Positions 57,930 through 64,000 of a stretch of DNA of 64,000 bases are shown here, one piece after another (the first letter of the stretch is position 1; each line of letters opens with the position of its first letter). The notes under the pieces were generated by a model. It did not search any database and was not told the DNA's origin. It worked only from the letters and a program-made list of their open reading frames with translations. The stretch spans positions 64,001 to 128,000 of the IMG/VR virus record IMGVR_UViG_3300033463_006479; one strand, 5' to 3'. This DNA comes from a virus. Lineage: Duplodnaviria > Caudoviricetes. Position numbers and translations under genes: made by a program.

Positions 57930-57970
57930 AGAATTAGTCGCACTATCGCAGGACTATAAGCTCCGAAGAA

Positions 57971-59611
57971 CTAAACATAGTCAAAAGTGGTCACACCACT
58001 TTCACTACGTTCACCATCTGATTTGTTCATCAGACTTCTTCGGAACGACAACAGCACATCTTTAACTTTCTCACGTTTGAGTTTTCTCGGTTCGTATGCG
58101 CCGTTGCCAAGTCGTTTTAAGAGCGAATCACGCAACACGGTTACGGTCACTCTGTTCTTTATATTGACAGATGCGTTGTGGTCTGCATTGTCCTTATGCC
58201 CGCATTCAACGCATTCAAAGGTCTCTTGGCTCGGTCTGTTTTCATCTGCGATGCAACCACAAATCGGACACATCTTTGAGGTGTAACTCGCCTGCACTGT
58301 TGACAATGCGATACCATATTTCCTTGCAATGTGTTCAACCTCATCTTTTAGACTGCTCAATCCGAGGAACTTGACCTTTCTATTGTAGTTTATATCCTCG
58401 TTGTCTTTATCCTTGATGTAACACCTTCCAAAACCATTGTCAAGGTCTTCCATAACGATGTGGTCAACACCATCCAACATCAACGACTTGCACATCTTTG
58501 AAATGAGTTCTTGTTCGGATTTCTGCATCTTCATCTTGAGTGTGTCAAGTTTCTGCTGTTTGCGCTTGCCGATGGTGTAGTTCTTGTCTTTCTTCAGTTC
58601 GTCCACTTTCAATGACAGTTTGCAGAAGTCATTGACTAACTTACGGTTGTAGTCATAGGCAGTTTCGTTTGACAGACTGAAGAGATTGTGCTTGCAGTTC
58701 ACGTCAATTCCTACCACGTTGTCTCCTGCTTCTGGTATGTATCTCTGACCATCCTTGCACAAGTTGATATTGACTTGATGGTATTTTTCGTTGAATGTAA
58801 GCACATATTCGTAGTCGGGATTGGATTTGCGGTAGTCATTCATACTTCCGTGCCAATCCTTGTTGAACCTCACTGGGATGTCAAACGACTTTCTTTCGAT
58901 TCCAGACAGACTGACAAAGGAGTTGATTACCGAACCAAACTTCTTGTTGTAGTCAATGATTCTCGTCTTCCTGCACCTGCCTCCGAATGACAATGACTTG
59001 AACTCAATCGGATGCTCGGAATAACAATCGATGATTCTGTTTCGTTTCCGCAAGGCAAGTTCCATAAGTCTGTCAAAACCGAACTTGTTACAGCAACGTA
59101 TGATGTTGTTGTAGAAGTCTCGCTTCTTGTCATCGCAGGTCTCCAACTGCTTGATGATATATTCCAATGTGTTATCGTTTCCGTATCTTGCAAGATAAGT
59201 CAGACAGATTGACAATGGTGTTTTGCTATTCTCCGTTACGACATTCTTCAAGTCGCCTTTCTTGTTCTTCTTGGTGTCACGCTTGTAGAACTCAAATCCG
59301 ACAAATCTTATAACTTCAAAGTCAAGGTGTTTTCGGATTGCTTCAAACTTGTTCTGGTAGCAGTTGAACACTTGTGTATATAGTTGCATATCAAACGAAC
59401 TCGGAATGGCATCCTTGTATCTCGCCCTCATCCCCTTCAAGAAGTCGAATTTTGAATATTCAAGGTACTTTTCAAGATTGGAGTTCACATATTCGGAAAC
59501 AAGGTTCTTATGGTCACGCAGCATAACAGCAAACGAATGTAAATCGTCATACTTCTGACGTGTTAAGTCGTTTGACTTGAATGTTTTTGTGTATTTGCTG
59601 TCTATGACCAT
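57971..59611 (-). CDS. Large divergent TnpB-like RuvC nuclease (~546 aa)
   Basis: RuvC-I VVGIDVNCKH, RuvC-II VMEDL, YTSKMCPICG..F.CVECG Zn ribbon, RuvC-III NADHNASVNI. Confidence 0.85.
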   Translation of the reverse strand: MVIDSKYTKTFKSNDLTRQKYDDLHSFAVMLRDHKNLVSEYVNSNLEKYLEYSKFDFLKGMRARYKDAIPSSFDMQLYTQVFNCYQNKFEAIRKHLDFEVIRFVGFEFYKRDTKKNKKGDLKNVVTENSKTPLSICLTYLARYGNDNTLEYIIKQLETCDDKKRDFYNNIIRCCNKFGFDRLMELALRKRNRIIDCYSEHPIEFKSLSFGGRCRKTRIIDYNKKFGSVINSFVSLSGIERKSFDIPVRFNKDWHGSMNDYRKSNPDYEYVLTFNEKYHQVNINLCKDGQRYIPEAGDNVVGIDVNCKHNLFSLSNETAYDYNRKLVNDFCKLSLKVDELKKDKNYTIGKRKQQKLDTLKMKMQKSEQELISKMCKSLMLDGVDHIVMEDLDNGFGRCYIKDKDNEDINYNRKVKFLGLSSLKDEVEHIARKYGIALSTVQASYTSKMCPICGCIADENRPSQETFECVECGHKDNADHNASVNIKNRVTVTVLRDSLLKRLGNGAYEPRKLKREKVKDVLLSFRRSLMNKSDGERSESGVTTFDYV

Positions 59612-59619
59612 ATTACAAT

Positions 59620-59726
59620 AAAAAAGAGGCATTAAACTTGCGGCAGTAATGCGAGGAGTGCCATCAAGGATAAAACCTCTGTATATCTTTATTGTTATTT
59701 TGAAACGACTCCTCGCTTTCGTTTCA
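59620..59726 (-). ncRNA. Second copy of the conserved kissing-loop RNA upstream of tnpB-like gene
   Basis: gcgaggagt/actcctcgc replaces gtggagagt/actctccac of copy 1. Confidence 0.6.
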
Positions 59727-59897
59727 TTATATAAATAGTCTTAAACTATAATATATTTATACGAGTTACTTTTGAACATTTTTGACTACTTTTGAATAGG
59801 TTTATCAACTTCTGTTGCTATCCCAAAGCGTCCGACTTCACGGAAGGAATCCTCACGTGCTGAACTCCTATAATATCATTAAAAATATGAAAAACTT

Positions 59898-59981
59898 GGG
59901 CGTAGGGTGGGATTCGAACCCACATATAGAATAAATCCACAGAGCCACAATCTGTTGCATAGCCATTCTGCCACCTACGCC
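59898..59981 (-). tRNA. tRNA-His(GTG) with unusually long variable region
   Basis: acaga-ttGTGgc-tctgt; G-1; ~15-nt variable region. Confidence 0.75.
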
Positions 59982-59986
59982 ATATA

Positions 59987-60341
59987 TTAAAATTTTATTT
60001 TTCTACCATTACCATTTTTATCTTTAACAGAAACTGTATTTTTCATAGATTTCCAACCATAATCACCTCCAGTTTTCATATTATAACACATTATATCTTT
60101 GACTAAAAAATCGGTTACAATTTCTGATTCATACGCAAATGCTTCTTCGGCAGAATCAAAAAAAACAAACAATTTCTTTTTTAAAGTTTTCAATACCATA
60201 TTTTTTATAAGCATATCGCAAACGCCGCCCACTGCCCATATATCCATCATCTAAATTGTTTGTGTTATGAACACCATAATAAAAATGATTATTTATGCAA
60301 TTTGTTATTTTATAAAAATAATGATATTTGTATGTTTTCAT
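59987..60341 (-). pseudogene. Frameshifted/truncated GIY-YIG (Seg-like) homing endonuclease
   Basis: YFYKITN.IN..FYYGVH...DGYMGSG..L..A.KKYG.ENF.KEI continues in another frame as [17 protein letters not shown]; break at A-run near 60160; late promoter 60363-60370. Confidence 0.75.
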
Positions 60342-60421
60342 TATCGAACTTTATTGTTATATTATTTATAATGTCAAAAGTTCGACAATTCCCATTATAA
60401 TGTCGTTATAACAAAAAAATC

Positions 60422-60510
60422 CGTGCGGGTGAGACTCGAACTCACAATGTGCGTTTGCGGGACTTTTCTTTTTCAAGAAAGTTGCGGATACCGTTCCGCA
60501 TACCCGCACA
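60422..60510 (-). ncRNA. Aberrant tRNA-like gene (anticodon ambiguous)
   Basis: Acceptor, D-arm and gtgag-ttcgagt-ctcac T-arm; anticodon arm non-canonical. Confidence 0.45.
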
Positions 60511-60722
60511 GATTATGGTTTGCCGTTCTTTCACGGCAGTCATCGGATATTTTGGTGAGGGCGGTTATCCGTAACCGCAATATTATGGAAAATTAACAAC
60601 GTCAAACAAATTATGCGCCATATAACTCATATTTTAAATTATGTATCATATAACGCATAATCTTCGTCTCTCCGAAATGTCGCCACGCATTCTTTATACT
60701 CGTTGGTGTGGTTGAACGAGTT

Positions 60723-60794
60723 GTAGCCACAGCAGGACTCGAACCTGCGGCCTGCTGGTTGTCCAGCTTATCTACCACTGATATATGCGGCTAC
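60723..60794 (-). ncRNA. tRNA-like RNA with a 4-nt anticodon loop
   Basis: gctgg-acaa-ccagc; D and T arms nearly identical to tRNA-Ile at 53926. Confidence 0.6.
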
Positions 60795-60856
60795 GGGAGC
60801 AGTGTGCGTTGCTCCCAACAGCAGGCTATCGCACACGACCTGCTGTTTGTCAAAAA

Positions 60857-60960
60857 GTCTGCAAGGAGGGTAAAAGAGTCGAACTTTTTAATAACCATTA
60901 TGAAAGGTTGCTGTAGTTTTCTATGATACAAGAAAAACAATCATAACCTCCGTTGCAGAC
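60857..60960 (-). ncRNA. tRNA-mimic-like RNA with extended terminal stem
   Basis: gtctgcaa.ggagg/cctcc.ttgcagac stem; aaaag-ttcgact-ctttt T-arm; TACAGCAA motif. Confidence 0.45.
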
Positions 60961-60965
60961 TATTG

Positions 60966-61038
<73 letters not shown>

Positions 61039-61047
61039 TAACACAAG

Positions 61048-61119
61048 AGCGGTGTATGAGAATCGAACTCACATCTCTGGCTTGGCAAGCCAGCGCACTA
61101 ACCGTTGTGCTAACACCGC
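61048..61119 (-). tRNA. tRNA-Gly(GCC)
   Basis: ctggc-ttGCCaa-gccag. Confidence 0.9.
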
Positions 61120-61136
61120 ATTTGAAGCCAATGGCA

Positions 61137-61421
61137 TTATCGTATAATTATGTCATTGATTTCTTCAAACGGAACGAAAACGTCATAGCCGTCATCGTCC
61201 TCAAAATGGTTAATTTCTTCTTTGAACCAAAATCCGAATTTGTATCTGTCATATACGAATGTTTCGCCATTCCATTCAGCCATATTAGCATTGCGGCAAA
61301 CACCGTTATATCTACGACCGACCTTCAATTCGGATTTCGGTATGGGTTTTATAGAATTAATGTCCTTTTTGTTTATGCCAGCATAAATTCTGGCTTTTCT
61401 GTCAAGTTCGTTTTTATCCAT
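61137..61421 (-). CDS. Conserved phage hypothetical protein
   Basis: IPK.EL..G..Y.G.CRNA..A.WNG..F.Y.R.KFG....E.I.H.EDDDGYDVFVP. Confidence 0.65.
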   Translation of the reverse strand: MDKNELDRKARIYAGINKKDINSIKPIPKSELKVGRRYNGVCRNANMAEWNGETFVYDRYKFGFWFKEEINHFEDDDGYDVFVPFEEINDIIIR

Positions 61422-61432
61422 TTGGATTGTTT

Positions 61433-62338
61433 TTAGTCACTGACATTCGGTTTGTTGCCGATTGCACCAGTGAATTTGTTAGTAAGTTCAAGAAGTTCAT
61501 TCTTATTCATATTGATAACACAGCATTTCATTTTGCTGTTCGGGTCAACCAGATATGCGCCAAGCCATCTGTGATGTCCGTCAAGAATGAAATTGTCTTT
61601 TGACACGATTGTGATGGGGCTTTTGTCATTTGGTTTAAGCAACCAGTCCATACCTTCTTTCGTGGGTTCTTCCTTGCCACCGAGAGGGATTGCCATATAG
61701 ATACTCTTTATGAAGAAAATCTGTTCTTGGATTGGTTTCAGTTTGCTGACTGGAATATCAACGACAGCACCACTGACTTGTTCCTTTTTATCTCCGTCAC
61801 CAGCTGTGAGCCATTTTTTACTCAATTCTTCGTCTTTGTCCAAATCAGCCTGCACCTTTTTTGCAAGTTCTTTATCCTCGCCGATAACATCAATGAAACC
61901 GTGTTGCAATAAGAACTTCAATGTAAGAACTTGGTTTGCCATAACCGTTTTTCTTTTGTTGTGGTCTTCAACACCACCATCTTCCAAAGCATCATCCATC
62001 ATTTCTGTTCTCGGTGCGCTTTCCTCATCTTCTTTTCCCTTACCAACACCTTTGAAGTTTGAATTGTTGATTACTGGCATTTCGCCACGTTTGTAAACAC
62101 CGAATTTGTCGGCAAATTTTTTTGCTGAATCATAATTGGCTTTAAAAGTTTCCTCATTATCGTATATTTCGGAAAACTTGTCATCAAGCATTTCTTTTGC
62201 AACCTCAACTGCTTTGTCAGCGTTTGTTTTGCGAAGTTCCAGTTTCGCATATTTTTTTCTCACCTCATTGGCTTTTGCGTAAGTATATTCTTCGTTGATG
62301 TGTCTACTTCTAAATTCGTTAAATTTCAATATCTTCAT
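61433..62338 (-). CDS. ParB/Srx-like domain protein with CTS-like N-terminus (MKILKFNEF..HINE)
   Basis: IPVSKLKPIQ..I.VSKDNFILDGHHRW; late promoter 62359-62366(-). Confidence 0.7.
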   Translation of the reverse strand: MKILKFNEFRSRHINEEYTYAKANEVRKKYAKLELRKTNADKAVEVAKEMLDDKFSEIYDNEETFKANYDSAKKFADKFGVYKRGEMPVINNSNFKGVGKGKEDEESAPRTEMMDDALEDGGVEDHNKRKTVMANQVLTLKFLLQHGFIDVIGEDKELAKKVQADLDKDEELSKKWLTAGDGDKKEQVSGAVVDIPVSKLKPIQEQIFFIKSIYMAIPLGGKEEPTKEGMDWLLKPNDKSPITIVSKDNFILDGHHRWLGAYLVDPNSKMKCCVINMNKNELLELTNKFTGAIGNKPNVSD

Positions 62339-62376
62339 AACAGTAATTTTTTATGATATATTTATACGACATAAAA

Positions 62377-63355
62377 TCACAATAAATCCACATCAACTTC
62401 TTTGTGCTCCAATATCAAATGCGGTTTATATCCAAGTCTTTCATACTCTAAAAACTTATCTTTCATATTTTGCAAGTTCAATGTCCAATTGGATTTTATT
62501 TCAAATATCTCATTAGTTGTCGGTATGAAAAAATCTGGTATGGCGCATTTATATTTGTTTGTCAATGTATCAAAATACTTAATTCGTAAACATTCTACGT
62601 CATAATCAATTTTTTGCAAATCTAATATTTTTGCAAAATCTAATTCATACGAAGACCTCAAATAAACACGTTTTGCCATTCCAAGTAGTATGCCAACAAT
62701 TTTTATAAGGGCACGAGTCTTTTTCTGATTTGACATTTATTTTACCAAGTATATATGCTTCAGATAAAGATTTGCTGTGATTTCTTGTTTGTATATCCAA
62801 TGATTTCAATATTTTATGAAAATTGGAAATACCAGAATTATATCCATATTTATCTGATAATGTTTTATCATCAATATGATTTGCATATTCTTGTTTTATC
62901 AAGCAAACAGTTTTATCATATTCATAAAAAATATCAGTTGTTCCAATTTTACTTTTATCAAAACCAAATATGGCTAATGTATTAAAAATCCTATATTTAT
63001 TGCAAATGTCTGGTCTTTCACAATGACCTTTTTCTGCGCCGCACCATTTACATTTTTTTATTTTCGTATTTTTTGATTTATTTGTGTGTAATGTGTTTAA
63101 TAATGTGGCCTTTTGTTTTTCCCTACTTTCTTTTGTTCTTATTTTATTGTTATATTTAGCAGCGCAATTTGTCGAACAAAATTTATTGCTCTTTTTATCA
63201 TAAGGTAATAACTTTCCACAACAACTACAACAATTTGGGTTTTTATAATAGTCGGATATGCGTTTATCTTTTTGTTCGTTTCTTGTTTTTAATGACGCTA
63301 AAAATCCAAGTTTTCCAGCTTCAGATTCACTTAATCCATTTCTTTGTTTTGGCAT
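62377..63355 (-). pseudogene. Frameshifted homing-endonuclease-like gene (Zn fingers + TnsA-like PD-(D/E)XK)
   Basis: CSCCGK..FCS..CA and CKWCG in one frame; VYLRSSYE..IPDF..EIK in another; junction near 62670; late promoter 63373-63380. Confidence 0.6.
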
Positions 63356-63391
63356 ACAAATATATATTATATTATTTATATGTCAAATTTG

Positions 63392-63464
63392 AGCCAGTAG
63401 AGGGATTCGAACCCCCGATTTCATCGTTACAAAGGATGCTCCGTAACCACTTGGATATACTGGC
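63392..63464 (-). tRNA. tRNA-Thr(TGT)
   Basis: catcc-ttTGTaa-cgatg. Confidence 0.85.
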
Positions 63465-63668
63465 AACAAAGGTGATAGCAGATGTGTCTCGGATTCGCAC
63501 CTTTTACTGATTGTCTGTACACAACAATGCAGTTATCATTTAGCATTGTACGGCTTGCGCAAACCGAACAACGGCGATTTTATACCCGACCATACTCGTT
63601 GTCACTATCCGCATTACTGGGTGCGTTCCATCCACGGAACGGTGACCATTTCTTGCGTTTTAACCTTG

Positions 63669-63753
63669 TCGGACTGGGGGACTCGAACCCCCAACACGGA
63701 TTTTCCAGTTTTCTCTGGCGTGCTACCACGATACGCAGTTAACGTATAGTCCG
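63669..63753 (-). ncRNA. Aberrant tRNA-like gene
   Basis: cggact/agtccg acceptor, ggggg-ttcgagt-ccccc T-arm, ccag-agaaaa-ctgg arm with 6-nt loop. Confidence 0.45.
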
Positions 63754-63763
63754 TTATGTTAGG

Positions 63764-63837
63764 TCAGCAGGATAGGACTCGAACCTATAACCCGTTGATT
63801 AGAAGTCAACCGTTCTAATCCATTGAACTACCTGCCG
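63764..63837 (-). tRNA. tRNA-Arg(TCT)
   Basis: gttga-ctTCTaa-tcaac. Confidence 0.85.
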
Positions 63838-64000
63838 ATTTTTAGCACGCACAGACAGCGTACTTTTTTGCTGTATGGGATGTTCATTCTTTACTTTCCG
63901 TGAACTCACCTCCGTCCGCTCTCCCGACTTTTTAACCGTATAGTTTCGCTGGCGACATCACTTCCAGCATAGCCATTCCTCTGTTATACTCATCTTGGCT

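Larger units (their letters stand above)
57971..59813 (-). mobile_element. Non-autonomous TnpB-like element, IS607-like, bounded by AG at both ends
   Basis: aacAG|aagttg..gtttAG|ttc; subterminal inverted repeat (taaacctattcaaaagtagtca / taaacatagtcaaaagtggtca, 19/22); left end homologous to 6392 element; removal restores a folded RNA. Confidence 0.7.

Noticed and set aside
57938-59860. RNase P RNA or HDV-like ribozyme identity for the split RNA
   Set aside because: Lacks the GAGGAAAGUCC core and I could not fit the nested double pseudoknot; left unassigned
61137-61421. INSIKPIPKSEL as another tag copy
   Set aside because: IPKxEL is part of this protein family's own conserved start; the KL and RL positions do not match
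63966-63978. agcatagccattc match to the CRISPR repeat (possible anti-repeat/tracrRNA)
   Set aside because: Only ~13 nt, matches a variant repeat, is 50 kb away, and a similar string occurs in tRNA-His; Cas-lambda is not known to need a tracrRNA

Overview
64-kb segment of a large T4-like (jumbo/mega) myophage that probably infects Bacteroidetes. It uses the standard genetic code. Structural and packaging genes (portal gp20, large terminase gp17, tail tube gp19, baseplate-hub-like protein) sit behind T4-type late promoters (TATAAATA). Long minus-strand arrays of small early genes sit behind eight copies of a fixed-spacing promoter: a Bacteroidetes TAnnTTTG -7 box plus tandem DnaA-box-like TTATCAACA repeats. 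The window also holds a Cas-lambda (Cas12L)-like effector with a 27-repeat CRISPR array and no cas1/cas2, downstream of a DUF262-HNH nuclease and an EcoRI-type methyltransferase. There are three further DNA methyltransferases, two TnpB-only IS607-like elements, homing-endonuclease-like genes, a ribosomal S1-like protein, at least 12 tRNAs and several aberrant tRNA-like RNAs. Best candidates for undescribed biology: (1) About 21 otherwise unrelated ORFs (10 BspA/DUF285 LRR proteins, FISUMP-like domains, novel domains) share a portable bipartite tag M-x-IL-x4-(Y/F)I(N/S/A)E|KLxIKP(V/I)(T/S)KxRL. It resembles the T4 internal-protein capsid-targeting/prohead-protease signal and recurs internally at domain junctions, suggesting a modular set of capsid-packaged, protease-processed, injected effectors. 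(2) A covarying kissing-loop RNA is shared upstream of two very different tnpB genes, one of which has Cas-lambda-like motifs. Product calls come from motif recognition only; no database searches were run.
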